From contig CAMCAW010000001.1 of the NCBI GenBank assembly GCA_945872855.1, positions 70,213-134,212 of the forward strand: 64,000 nucleotides of DNA, in the 5' to 3' direction. Both the position numbers and the translations under genes were made by a program. Each line of letters begins with the position of its first letter. The first letter of the stretch is position 1. This document shows positions 20,584-30,190 of this stretch, piece by piece. Source of the DNA: Rickettsia typhi. GTDB lineage: Bacteria; Pseudomonadota; Alphaproteobacteria; Rickettsiales; UBA1997. The notes below the pieces were generated by a model. That model was given only the letters and a program-made list of their open reading frames with translations, made no database searches and was not told where the DNA came from.

Positions 20584-23070
20584 ATGTTCGCCATTATCGC
20601 CATTCTCCTAGTATCCACAGCTTTGGCTCTTGGCGGTCTTGGTGGAGGTGGCGGCGGCTCGGGCGGCGGCGAAGGATCTAGTGGAGGATCGGGCGCTGCT
20701 ACAAGTCCTTCCCCAAGTCCCGCATGGATAACAACCCCAGCCGAAGCCAATATTTACCGCACCACAGAATATAACGCGCAATGGGGCCTTGAGGCAATTC
20801 ACGTCGCCGAAGCCTATGCGGCCCTAGCCAAAAATGGCAAGGCGGCTGCAGGCGAGGGCGTTTCAATCGCCATAACAGACACTGGCGCACAAGAAAATCA
20901 CCTCGATATCGCAGGAAATCTCGACGCATCTTACAACTATAATTACAGTAAGAATTCCAGCGATGTTTTAGATACTATCGGCTTGGGCACTTACTCCGCC
21001 TCGCTTGCCGCTGGCGTAAAAAACGGCGCAGGTATTCACGGCGTTGCTTATAACGCAAACTTAGTCATCGCAGATATATATGATGATACAGGAACTTCTT
21101 TGGTGGCAGATGCTGGTATCACTGGTTCGGCGGCGATTGCCTCGGTTAAAGTAATAAATGCTGGTTGGAAATATGGCTCTTATAATTCCTACAACGGCAC
21201 GCCTTCAGGCACTAATGCAACTGATCGCAGCATTATTTCAGCCATTAAAATAGCGCAAAGTCGCGATATTTTAATTGTAGCTGCCACAGGAAATGATGCA
21301 GATAATAACGATAATGGTGGCGCCGATTCAGCTTATTTGAGTAAACCGAAACCCGCAAAGCCAGCTTTACTTGCCAATAATGATGAGCTTTCGGGTTATG
21401 TGTTGGCTGTTGGCGCGGTTGATCAAGATTCTAAGATTGCTGATTTTTCTAATATTTGCGGCGTTGCTAAAGATTATTGCTTAATGGCCTCGGGCGTTGA
21501 TATTAAAGGTGCTGCATCAAATATAAATTCAATTGGTGGCGTAGGAAATGACGGCGAAAAATTTAGTACAATTTCCAGCACTTACGCCGCAGCTGCACAA
21601 GTATCTGGTGCTGCAGCCGTTTTGCGCGCGGCTTGGCCACATTTAACCGCGCCACAAACCGCACATATTCTATTAACCACCGCCACCGATTTAGGCGCCG
21701 CAGGCGTTGACACAACTTACGGTTATGGCCTGCTAAATCTCTACGCAGCAGTTCAGGCTCAAGGCTCTAACAGTTTTGCCTATGGCTCATCAGTGTCGCA
21801 AACAAGCTACGATGTGCGCTCGTCTTCCTTTGTCACCGATCCAATCTTTGGCGATGCCTTCGCGCATAATCTGGTTCCAGCCTTACAAAATGCAGTGTTT
21901 TTTGATGATTATGGCCGCGATTACAAGGCGTTTTTGGGAAGCAAAATAACCACGCGCAGCAAGGCTTCGGTCATTAATAACTTAAGCAATAATATTGTTT
22001 CAAGTAATTACAAAACCAACATTTTACCGCTATCGTTTGGCGCAAAAAATTCTGAGAATTTTGCGCAAATAAAGTTTCAAATAAAATCATATAGCGACAT
22101 TGGAAAAAAATTTGCTACCATCGATAAATCCATAGAAGACAGGGCTCTAACCAGTGGAAACGGGTTTTCTTTGGTGCAAAATTTGTCACAAAAATTGCAA
22201 TTAGGTTTTTCATTCAACATTGACGAAATAAAAAATTTATCTTTCGAAAAACTAAATAATTTTGGCTTTATTTCTGTTAACGGATTTGCCGCAAACCCTT
22301 ATCAATCGTTCATCGCAAACTCTTTTCAAACAAGCTCTTTGGCCAAAAACTTCAATCAAATTTTTTTACAGCATAAATTTTTTAACGATAAATTAAAATT
22401 TAATTTCTCCCATCAAACATCTTACGAAGGCGCTTCCATCGTGGCTCAGTCGCATAATTTACAAAACCAAATTTCTGATTTTAATTTTAATTATATGCCA
22501 AATAATACAACAAATTTTGTATTTTCATTAGGCAATTTACATGAATTTAATAACAACTTTCTAAACTCGCGAGCTCTTGGCGCATTTGAAGCGGGAAGCG
22601 ATACCAAAACTTCATATTTCAAAATATCAGCCAGTCAAAAGCTCTATAAAAATCTCTCGCTAATAACAAATTTTTCTGAAGGCGCAACAAAAGTTAGTGG
22701 CAATAATTTGGGCCTATTTCGTGATTATCAAAATATCCGAAGCAGGGGCGTGGCGCTTGGTTTGCTGAGTGATGGAATTTTTGGAGGCAGATTTGGCATG
22801 CTTTATAGTGAACCACTTCGCGTTTACTCTGGCAGGGCTGCAATCGATGTGCCAATTGCGCGCGATAATGATGGAAATGTCACGCATTATCGCGCCAACA
22901 TATCGCTAAAGCCACAAGGAAAAGAGCGTAATCTCGAGGTTTTTTACACAAAAAATCTAACGCAGCTTTCGCAAATCAGCTTTAATTTTTTAACAATAAA
23001 AGATGCGGGAAATATAAAGAGTAAGAAAGACGCCTATCTAGGAGTTGTAAATTATGGCGTAAAATTTTAA
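20584..23070 (+). CDS. subtilisin-like autotransporter paralog with degenerate catalytic triad (probable pseudo-protease)
   Basis: Paralog of 17733-20279 with the same architecture. Asp is kept (ITDTGAQ). The His position reads GLGTYSASLAAG and the Ser position reads ISSTYAAAAQVSG. The beta-domain ends ...NYGVKF. No lipobox Cys. Confidence 0.8.
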   Translation: MFAIIAILLVSTALALGGLGGGGGGSGGGEGSSGGSGAATSPSPSPAWITTPAEANIYRTTEYNAQWGLEAIHVAEAYAALAKNGKAAAGEGVSIAITDTGAQENHLDIAGNLDASYNYNYSKNSSDVLDTIGLGTYSASLAAGVKNGAGIHGVAYNANLVIADIYDDTGTSLVADAGITGSAAIASVKVINAGWKYGSYNSYNGTPSGTNATDRSIISAIKIAQSRDILIVAATGNDADNNDNGGADSAYLSKPKPAKPALLANNDELSGYVLAVGAVDQDSKIADFSNICGVAKDYCLMASGVDIKGAASNINSIGGVGNDGEKFSTISSTYAAAAQVSGAAAVLRAAWPHLTAPQTAHILLTTATDLGAAGVDTTYGYGLLNLYAAVQAQGSNSFAYGSSVSQTSYDVRSSSFVTDPIFGDAFAHNLVPALQNAVFFDDYGRDYKAFLGSKITTRSKASVINNLSNNIVSSNYKTNILPLSFGAKNSENFAQIKFQIKSYSDIGKKFATIDKSIEDRALTSGNGFSLVQNLSQKLQLGFSFNIDEIKNLSFEKLNNFGFISVNGFAANPYQSFIANSFQTSSLAKNFNQIFLQHKFFNDKLKFNFSHQTSYEGASIVAQSHNLQNQISDFNFNYMPNNTTNFVFSLGNLHEFNNNFLNSRALGAFEAGSDTKTSYFKISASQKLYKNLSLITNFSEGATKVSGNNLGLFRDYQNIRSRGVALGLLSDGIFGGRFGMLYSEPLRVYSGRAAIDVPIARDNDGNVTHYRANISLKPQGKERNLEVFYTKNLTQLSQISFNFLTIKDAGNIKSKKDAYLGVVNYGVKF

Positions 23071-23570
23071 TTGCTAGAATAAGCAGAAAACATAGTTGGG
23101 TTAGGAGATGGCCTCTCGTTATTAATATCTTGTACACTCAGCCACCTGCTGCGCGCTCTAGCTCTGCGCGCATCAATTCTCCCTCTAAGTGTTTGCCCGC
23201 GACTTTTTGTGCTTTCAACGCGATCGCGCCATTTGTGCGATTCGCCTCGCGGTGCAGAAGCGGCAGCTTTTTTTGCCAACACCCTTGTTCTTGCTGAAGA
23301 AATTACAATTTCGCGATTACGATCATGCAGCCTTTTATGATGCATAATAATGTTATCGGTAAACCAGCGGCGCCTACGGTTGATAGACTTCCTGCGCTGT
23401 GCCCGTGTTAAACGAGTTTTGCGCGGCCCTTTCGCTAAGCTAAAAAAGACATGCAAAATTTCATGGTCAATCAAGTGGTGAGCAAGCGGCGAGTTGATTA
23501 ATCCACCATATGTGATGGTGGGCATGTTGAGTCCGGTAAAGCTGGTAGCAAGACTAATTAAACTGAGCAT
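23067..23570 (-). CDS. hypothetical arginine-rich basic protein
   Basis: It is the only long ORF in a 500-bp interval and starts 2 nt after the upstream OMP stop. Contains HEILH (an HExxH pattern) and long Arg-rich tracts. No clear RBS. Confidence 0.5.
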   Translation of the reverse strand: MLSLISLATSFTGLNMPTITYGGLINSPLAHHLIDHEILHVFFSLAKGPRKTRLTRAQRRKSINRRRRWFTDNIIMHHKRLHDRNREIVISSARTRVLAKKAAASAPRGESHKWRDRVESTKSRGQTLRGRIDARRARARSRWLSVQDINNERPSPNPTMFSAYSSN

Positions 23571-23572
23571 TT

Positions 23573-24685
23573 CTAAAATTTGTAAAGATAACTAAGCATA
23601 ACGCCAAGCATAGAGGCGCTATAGTTATCTTCCTTAAGCCGCATACGACTTACATCGATAGCGAAATTGTTGGTAAATTTATAGCCAGCAGTAAATTGCA
23701 ATTGCGAATCATTGCTGTTGCTGCCTTGATAATTGCGCTCAATATGCCGTCTCACGCTAGAAACGCTAGCAGACCAAGCGCTATATTTTCCAATTAAGGC
23801 CACGGTGACATATTGCGCATTACGGCCTCTAAGCCCAGTGAAATTATCAATTTTAACAAATTCAATAACAGGAATTAGCGATGTGCTTTCGGTAACTTTT
23901 TTTAAATATTCAAGGTTGACGGTATAGCCAGTTTCGCGGGCATTGCTACCATTATTTACAACGCCAAGACTGCGATAGCCAATGTTGTAAAATAAATCTT
24001 TAACACCAAACAATTGATCTCCTTCGGCGGTTATTGAGTAAGAAGATAAGGTGGAGGAGTTTCCCGCAAGTCCATCATTTGCCCTTTCGCGACCACGATT
24101 ATTTATGGCGCTGCCACTAAGACCGCTTGTGTCATTGAAGAAAGTATTAAAAGTGACCTCAGTATTTTCAAGCAGCGCCGCTATACCGCCGCCAATTTTT
24201 TCGCGCAATTCATAATCTTCGGTAAAATCGGTGGTAAAAACGCCAATCCGCTTGGTTTTGCGATACATTGTGGCAAAAGTTGGATTGAATTTTCCCACAA
24301 AAAACTTCATATCATCATTTTGATAGTAAGACTTCAGCTCTTCAATAATTAGCGTGGTGTCATCTTGATTGATGCCGCGATCATCAGATAAAATTGTGCG
24401 CGATCTTTCGGGAGTAGGACCGTTACGATTTTGCATTGTCGGAAAAATTCTCCAACCAGTTTTTATTGCCCAGTTTTTATTGAGGTTAAGTGATAAATCT
24501 GGCTCAATATTAACATAGGCGCTAGTGGCGGGAATATTGGGTTTAGAGGCTGAAAGCGCTCGATCGCTTTTAAGTTCAAACAGCACTTGACCAGTAGTAT
24601 TTGGATATTGTGAATCTGTTTCAGCCTTTGATAGAGAGCTTTCGCACAGCATTATTGCAAACAAGCTGACGAATAATTTTTTCAT
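23573..24685 (-). CDS. outer-membrane beta-barrel protein (porin-like)
   Basis: Signal peptide MKKLFVSLFAIMLCESSLSKA, an amphipathic beta-strand pattern, and a C-terminus ...SYLYKF with terminal Phe. Confidence 0.7.
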   Translation of the reverse strand: MKKLFVSLFAIMLCESSLSKAETDSQYPNTTGQVLFELKSDRALSASKPNIPATSAYVNIEPDLSLNLNKNWAIKTGWRIFPTMQNRNGPTPERSRTILSDDRGINQDDTTLIIEELKSYYQNDDMKFFVGKFNPTFATMYRKTKRIGVFTTDFTEDYELREKIGGGIAALLENTEVTFNTFFNDTSGLSGSAINNRGRERANDGLAGNSSTLSSYSITAEGDQLFGVKDLFYNIGYRSLGVVNNGSNARETGYTVNLEYLKKVTESTSLIPVIEFVKIDNFTGLRGRNAQYVTVALIGKYSAWSASVSSVRRHIERNYQGSNSNDSQLQFTAGYKFTNNFAIDVSRMRLKEDNYSASMLGVMLSYLYKF

Positions 24686-24693
24686 TTTTAAAT

Positions 24694-26514
24694 TTAGTTT
24701 CGTGGCAAAATAATGGTTACCGAGGTTCCAGCGTTTAGCTGGCTGTTAATTAAAACACTCCCATGATGTAATTCAATAAAATATTTCGTTAAATAAAGGC
24801 CGATTCCAGTTCCTGAAACAGAAAGAGTATTCTTGGCGCGAAAAAATTTATTGCCGATATTTTTTAAATCATCTTGAGGAATGCCGATGCCGTTATCAGT
24901 TACTCTAATGGCAATTTTATCGTCATCTGATTTTGTGGTAATTGTTACTTCGGTGTCATTTGGCGAATATTTTATGGCATTAGAAATAACGTTGGTAAAG
25001 CAATGATCAAGCATCTTCGAATCGCCATTAATTTCTAATTTTTCGCTATCAAATTTTGTAATAATTTTTATTCCTTTTCCTGATCCAAGGTTAGAATTTT
25101 TGTCGATAATATCTTTCAGTAAACTATAAATATCAAAATTTTGACGCTCAACTTTAATTTCAGTATTGCCAGTTTCAATTTTTGCTAAGTTGAGCGTGCT
25201 AGAAATTAGGCCGCTCATTCGCTGAATTCCACTTTTAATGCGATCAAGATATTTCTCGAATGAATCATCGGGAAGGTTGAGAGATTTTATTTTGCGCGCA
25301 ATTAATTCTCTTGTGCTATCAATAATTTGCAGCGGAGTTTTAAACTCGTGCGACACTAGAGCCACAAACTCGCCCTGAATTTTGCGCAAAGCTTTTTCCT
25401 TCTTCACCGCCTCTTTTAATTCGAGAGTTTTTGTAAGCAAATTGTGATTAGCAACCATCACTTTTTCAATAGAATATGAGCGATCAATTGCGATGGCAAG
25501 TTGGTCTGTGACTAGTTCAATCAAATCAATTGCGTCAATTGTCCACGATCTTTTTTCTGATTGAAAAAGATAAATTCCGCCATTTATTTCGCCGTCAAAA
25601 GAAGTGATGGCGGCAATTTGTGAGGCGATAGAAAATTCACCAAAGAAGCGATGAAGCTCTGTAAAATTTGGATCCGAGCGCACATCGTCAGCAATAAATA
25701 TTGTGCTATTTTTATCGCTATTTTTAATTTTCTGATAAAAATTATTTTGAAAATGAATGTAATGATTTGCCTTTTCATGAGATTCGGCACTTTCATCTAA
25801 CATAGGTGGAAGCCTTGAGCTGCAATGCTCTACAATAAAACTAGGCGTACCATTTTTATAATCATGAATTAAGCAGCGGTCAATTTTTAAATGCTGCACC
25901 AGAGATTTAGCGATACTTTGCGCAATCTCTTTTACCGATTTATCTGAAATAATTAAATAGCTGATTTCGCGCAATAATTTTTCACTATTTAGCGCTCTTT
26001 CAAGATTTTTTACCAGCAGCTGATTTTGTGATTTATTTTTTTCAACCTCAATTATTTCAGAGCCAATTTTTTCAAAAGTAAAAATTGCATATAGCTTTTT
26101 ATGATCGGTGTCGCGCTCTTTAAACAGTGGGTTAAAGCCGATTTTAAATTTTGCGATCTGCAATTCATTTTCATGATAGTGATGAAGTTTTATCATCACC
26201 GAACATTCATGTTGATCTTTAATTGTTTTGATTAAACGAATATATTCAAGCTGATCTTCTGAGGCGTAATTGATGTCGATATTGTCGAATAAAAAATCGT
26301 AACTTTTGCCAATTAAATCTTCTTGCGAAATGTTAAAATTTTGACAAAAAGCTTGGTTGGCGCGAATGATAACTAAATAATTTGGATTATCAGCTTTAAG
26401 CGCAGTACATAAAAACGCACTTTGAGGATTAGCGTCGACCAAAGCCTTGAAGGCATCCATCGAATTAGGTGCGTCTTTATTATCTTGGTTTGGCGATGAA
26501 TCCCGCTCAATCAT
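24694..26514 (-). CDS. cytoplasmic sensor histidine kinase (PAS/GAF-like input)
   Basis: H-box VSHEFKTPL, N-box NVISNAIKYSP, G-boxes DNGIGI and GTGIGL. No TM segment and no receiver domain. Confidence 0.88.
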   Translation of the reverse strand: MIERDSSPNQDNKDAPNSMDAFKALVDANPQSAFLCTALKADNPNYLVIIRANQAFCQNFNISQEDLIGKSYDFLFDNIDINYASEDQLEYIRLIKTIKDQHECSVMIKLHHYHENELQIAKFKIGFNPLFKERDTDHKKLYAIFTFEKIGSEIIEVEKNKSQNQLLVKNLERALNSEKLLREISYLIISDKSVKEIAQSIAKSLVQHLKIDRCLIHDYKNGTPSFIVEHCSSRLPPMLDESAESHEKANHYIHFQNNFYQKIKNSDKNSTIFIADDVRSDPNFTELHRFFGEFSIASQIAAITSFDGEINGGIYLFQSEKRSWTIDAIDLIELVTDQLAIAIDRSYSIEKVMVANHNLLTKTLELKEAVKKEKALRKIQGEFVALVSHEFKTPLQIIDSTRELIARKIKSLNLPDDSFEKYLDRIKSGIQRMSGLISSTLNLAKIETGNTEIKVERQNFDIYSLLKDIIDKNSNLGSGKGIKIITKFDSEKLEINGDSKMLDHCFTNVISNAIKYSPNDTEVTITTKSDDDKIAIRVTDNGIGIPQDDLKNIGNKFFRAKNTLSVSGTGIGLYLTKYFIELHHGSVLINSQLNAGTSVTIILPRN

Positions 26515-27694
26515 TATTTATTGATTTTAAGCTGATTAGAATTTTTTCTTTTGCTTCCTTTATATGCTCAGAATTTATGATGAGCGGCGGAATTATTCTG
26601 ATCACATTATTTCCTGCAGGAATTGTCAATAAACCATTGGAAATAAATTCTTCTACCACTTTTAAGTGTTCGATTTTGTCGTTAATTTTAATGCCGAGCA
26701 TCAGGCCAACGCCACGAATTTCATCAATAATATCGCTATGTTGCGCTTTAATTTTTTCGAGCACGCTTTTTAATTCTGCGGCAGTTTTTCGAACATTAGC
26801 AAAAAAGTCTTTCTCGAGCATTACGTTAAGAACAGATGACGCAACGGCCATGGCCAAAGGATTGCCACCATATGTTGTGCCATGAACTCCAACTGTCATG
26901 CCGCTCGCCGCATCTTTGGTGGCAAGGCATGCGCCCATTGGAAAGCCGCCTGCAATGGCTTTGGCGATAGAAATTATATCTGGTTTTACGCTATAATATT
27001 CGTAAGCGTGCAGGTGGCCAGTGCGTCCCATACCGCATTGTACTTCGTCGAAAGCGAGTAGTAGGTCATTTTCATCAGCTAATTTGCGCAGCCCTTGCAA
27101 GAATTTTTTGTCGCAAACACGAATTCCTTCTTCGCCTTGAATTGGCTCGATTAAAATGCCGGCGGTGTCTGCGGTTATTGCTTTCTTCACTGCTTCAATA
27201 TCGCCAAATTCAACATTGTCAAAGCCATCTAAGATAGGCTCAAAACCTTCGATATATTTCTTTTTTCCTGCGGCAGAAATTGTGGCGATAGTGCGGCCGT
27301 GAAAGGCGCCAGTGAAGGTGATGATGCGATTTTTTTCTGGGGTGCCTTTAACGAAAAAGTGGCGGCGGATCATTTTTATAGCGCATTCGATGCTTTCGGC
27401 GCCAGAGTTGCAGAAGAAGACGTAGTCGGCGAAGTGGGTGTGCTTCACGAGGTTGTCGGCATAGGCGTTTAGTTCGTTGCTATTGTAAATGTTAGAGACG
27501 TGCCAGAGTTTTTTTGCTTGTTCGGTGATGGCTTCGACCATTTTTGGGTGACAGTGGCCTAAGGCATTAACTGCAATTCCCGCGCCTAGATCTAGGTATT
27601 TTTTGCCTTCCGAGAATAGGTGGGCGCCTTCGCCGTGGCTGAATGCGATGTTGAAGCGTTTGTGGACGGGAAGTAGTTTTCTGCTTGTTGTCAT
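26507..27694 (-). CDS. argD: acetylornithine/class-III PLP aminotransferase
   Basis: Motifs FFCNSGAES, DEVQCGMGRTG and HGTTYGGNPLA. Confidence 0.85.
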   Translation of the reverse strand: MTTSRKLLPVHKRFNIAFSHGEGAHLFSEGKKYLDLGAGIAVNALGHCHPKMVEAITEQAKKLWHVSNIYNSNELNAYADNLVKHTHFADYVFFCNSGAESIECAIKMIRRHFFVKGTPEKNRIITFTGAFHGRTIATISAAGKKKYIEGFEPILDGFDNVEFGDIEAVKKAITADTAGILIEPIQGEEGIRVCDKKFLQGLRKLADENDLLLAFDEVQCGMGRTGHLHAYEYYSVKPDIISIAKAIAGGFPMGACLATKDAASGMTVGVHGTTYGGNPLAMAVASSVLNVMLEKDFFANVRKTAAELKSVLEKIKAQHSDIIDEIRGVGLMLGIKINDKIEHLKVVEEFISNGLLTIPAGNNVIRIIPPLIINSEHIKEAKEKILISLKSINND

Positions 27695-27803
27695 TTCTTA
27701 TAATGTGTTTTGTTGCGATTTTTACTTTGCTTTGAAAGTCATAAACAATTTGCAGTATTGTAAGTGATAACTAAATTAAAAGAAAAAGTTTAATTTTATA
27801 ATT

Positions 27804-28538
27804 ATGATTTTGGATTCTATAGAAAATAAGCGAAAAATTTTGGCGCAGTTTCTTGAAATATGTGCGTTTGAAGGGTGGAGCAATGCTACTCTTTCTAAGG
27901 CTTGCGAGCTTTCTGCGATTGATGTTAAGTTTCTTCCTCTTATTTTTGAAAATGGCTGTCTTGATTTAATTGAATTTTATATTGCAGAGCAGAGCTATAA
28001 ATTATCAGCAACAATTGAGGCAACACCTGATTTTGCTGGGTTTAAAGTGCGCGAGAAAATTAAATTCGCGCTCTATAGCTTGTTTGAAAATGAGAAAAAA
28101 CACCAACTTGTCTTGCAAAGATTGCGTAATTTTTATTTTGATTTGAAGAATTTTTCTGGCGCAGAATATGGGCCGCGTCCTTTATTTATGGCTTTTAAGC
28201 ATGTTGGAAAAGTTTCAGATTTTATTTGGGACGCAATTGGCGATAAATCGACTGATTTCAATTTTTATACCAAAAGACTAACTTTATCAAAAATAATTCT
28301 TCAAACTTTTGTAATATTCATTAAAGATGAATCTGAAGATTTAAGTGTGACGAGAAAATTCATCGATTTGCAAATTGAAAAAGTGATGAAATTTGAGAAA
28401 TTTAAAGCAAAAGTTAAAAATTTTTCAGCAAATTTAAAAGAAAATTCTTGCGAGTTTTTTTATGATGAAGTTGGTAATGTCAAGACTCCAAAGCAGGTTT
28501 TGAGAGATTTGCCATTTATAAGATTATTTAAAAAGTAA
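27804..28538 (+). CDS. COQ9-like / RpsU-divergently-transcribed family protein
   Basis: The N-terminal KILAQFLEICAFEGWSNATLSKAC region and the ~240 aa helical protein resemble alphaproteobacterial COQ9 homologs. This is recalled from memory, not searched. Confidence 0.65.
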   Translation: MILDSIENKRKILAQFLEICAFEGWSNATLSKACELSAIDVKFLPLIFENGCLDLIEFYIAEQSYKLSATIEATPDFAGFKVREKIKFALYSLFENEKKHQLVLQRLRNFYFDLKNFSGAEYGPRPLFMAFKHVGKVSDFIWDAIGDKSTDFNFYTKRLTLSKIILQTFVIFIKDESEDLSVTRKFIDLQIEKVMKFEKFKAKVKNFSANLKENSCEFFYDEVGNVKTPKQVLRDLPFIRLFKK

Positions 28539-28547
28539 CTAGAAACC

Positions 28548-29390
28548 ATGACCACAACTTTCAATATATTCGATTTAATCTTTGCCGTTGGATCCTTTAT
28601 TTTCATACTCGTAGCCTTCTTTCGCGGCTTCGTAAAAGAGCTTTTTGCTTTATTCAACTGGATTATCGCAATCTCGCTTTCTTACTTGCTCGCGCCTTAT
28701 GCGGCAAAGTTTGTCGAGACTTATTCGCATAATAAATTAATAGTGAGTGTTGCGAGTGGATCGATGGTTTTTGTTGTAATATTCATCATCGTAGTCTTTT
28801 CAACCAGAGGCTTGGCGCATGATTGGAAAGAGAAAATGCCAGAAAATCTTGATCGCATTCTTGGTGTATTTTATGGCGCTTTTAAAACACTATTAATTTT
28901 TGGATTATTTTATTCTATCACGATAAATTTTTATTCAATTTTGCTGGGCAATGCCAAAGAAAAAGTAAGTGCTAGTGATTTAGAAAGGCATCGTGAAGCA
29001 AGCGATGTATCTAAAAATGAAGCAGAAAAACCATCTGAATTCAAGAAAGGTCACGATCTAAAAAGCCACGAGCAAGACCTTCCAAATTGGCTAACTCAAG
29101 CTAAATGTTTTTCAATTGTAAAATTTGCGGGAAATGCAGTAGAGCCTTTGGTTAGTAGGGCTATCGATGGCACGACAAAAAATCTACTCGATGAAATTAA
29201 GCCAGTAAAAATAAATCTCGATGATAAAATCGAAGAAGTAATTGAGGATGAGGCGAGTAGTGTTGAAAATAATGTGGGCGGCAGTGCTGGAGCATTATCG
29301 GAAAAAAAATCTGGCGAAAAATCTGAAGATACTGGATACTCCAAAAAAGAAATCGAGAAAATGAATCGCTTGATTGAAATTGTTAACTAA
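28548..29390 (+). CDS. cvpA: CvpA-family membrane protein with acidic C-terminal extension
   Basis: Four N-terminal TM helices in a CvpA-like arrangement, followed by ~130 aa of hydrophilic, acidic sequence. Confidence 0.65.
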   Translation: MTTTFNIFDLIFAVGSFIFILVAFFRGFVKELFALFNWIIAISLSYLLAPYAAKFVETYSHNKLIVSVASGSMVFVVIFIIVVFSTRGLAHDWKEKMPENLDRILGVFYGAFKTLLIFGLFYSITINFYSILLGNAKEKVSASDLERHREASDVSKNEAEKPSEFKKGHDLKSHEQDLPNWLTQAKCFSIVKFAGNAVEPLVSRAIDGTTKNLLDEIKPVKINLDDKIEEVIEDEASSVENNVGGSAGALSEKKSGEKSEDTGYSKKEIEKMNRLIEIVN

Positions 29391-29430
29391 ATTCGAAAAT
29401 TATAACTTTTTTAACTCTAAATTTTTATTT

Positions 29431-30174
29431 ATGTTCAGACTTACAGGAAAAACAGCATTAGTCACTGGCGCAACTGGTGGCATCGGCGCAGCAATCGCAG
29501 AAAGCCTTGCCAAGCAAGGTGCCAAGCTAGTTTTATCGGGCACCAAAGAAGATCGCCTCAAAGAATTAGCGGCGAAAATTGGTGAAGATAAATGCAAAAT
29601 TTTAGCCTGCAATTTATCTGATATAGTGCAAGTAGAAGCTTTGTTTGACTCAGCTGAAGAGCTTGCTGGCGGGCAAATCGATATCCTAGTTTGCAATGCA
29701 GGAATCACCAAAGATAATCTTGTTTTGAGAATGAAAAACGAAGATTGGGATCAAGTTTTAGACGTGAATTTAAAATCGACATTCTTGCTTAACCGTGCGG
29801 CGATCAAAAAAATGATACGTCGCAAAGCGGGGCGCATCATCAATATTGCATCGGTTGTGGGTGTTACGGGCAACCCCGGCCAAGCGAATTATGTTGCGTC
29901 AAAAGCGGGCATGATCGGTATGAGTAAATCTTTTGCAGCAGAAGTTGCAACTCGCAATATCACTATCAATTGCGTCGCTCCGGGATTCATTCAAACGGCG
30001 ATGACCGATATTTTAAACGATCAGCAAAAACAGGGAATTTTAGGTTCAATTCCAATGCAAAAAATGGGCGTGGCGGCAGATATTGCAAGCAGCGTGGCAT
30101 TTTTGGCAAGCGATGAAGCGGGATATATAACTGGTCAAACTTTGCATGTTAATGGCGGAATGTTAATGGTTTAA
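29431..30174 (+). CDS. fabG: 3-oxoacyl-ACP reductase
   Basis: SDR motifs TGATGGIGAAIA, NAG and YVASKAG. ATG 29431 (MFRLTGK) is preferred over track start 29374. Confidence 0.88.
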   Translation: MFRLTGKTALVTGATGGIGAAIAESLAKQGAKLVLSGTKEDRLKELAAKIGEDKCKILACNLSDIVQVEALFDSAEELAGGQIDILVCNAGITKDNLVLRMKNEDWDQVLDVNLKSTFLLNRAAIKKMIRRKAGRIINIASVVGVTGNPGQANYVASKAGMIGMSKSFAAEVATRNITINCVAPGFIQTAMTDILNDQQKQGILGSIPMQKMGVAADIASSVAFLASDEAGYITGQTLHVNGGMLMV

Positions 30175-30190
30175 TTTAATTTAAATTTTT

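Noticed and set aside
20547-20929. Three minus-strand ORFs (20547-20750, 20608-20802, 20699-20929), including a Pro-rich one.
   Set aside because: They are antisense to the Gly-rich N-terminus of the second autotransporter, and the sense-strand gene has strong paralog support.
23067-23570. I considered whether this GC-richer interval is RNase P RNA or tmRNA rather than a protein gene.
   Set aside because: I found no GAGGAAAGTCC-type P4 motif and no tRNA-like T-arm/acceptor end on either strand. A single 167-codon ORF fills the interval.
26469-26885. 138-aa plus-strand ORF.
   Set aside because: It is antisense to the 3' part of argD, which carries clear class-III aminotransferase motifs.
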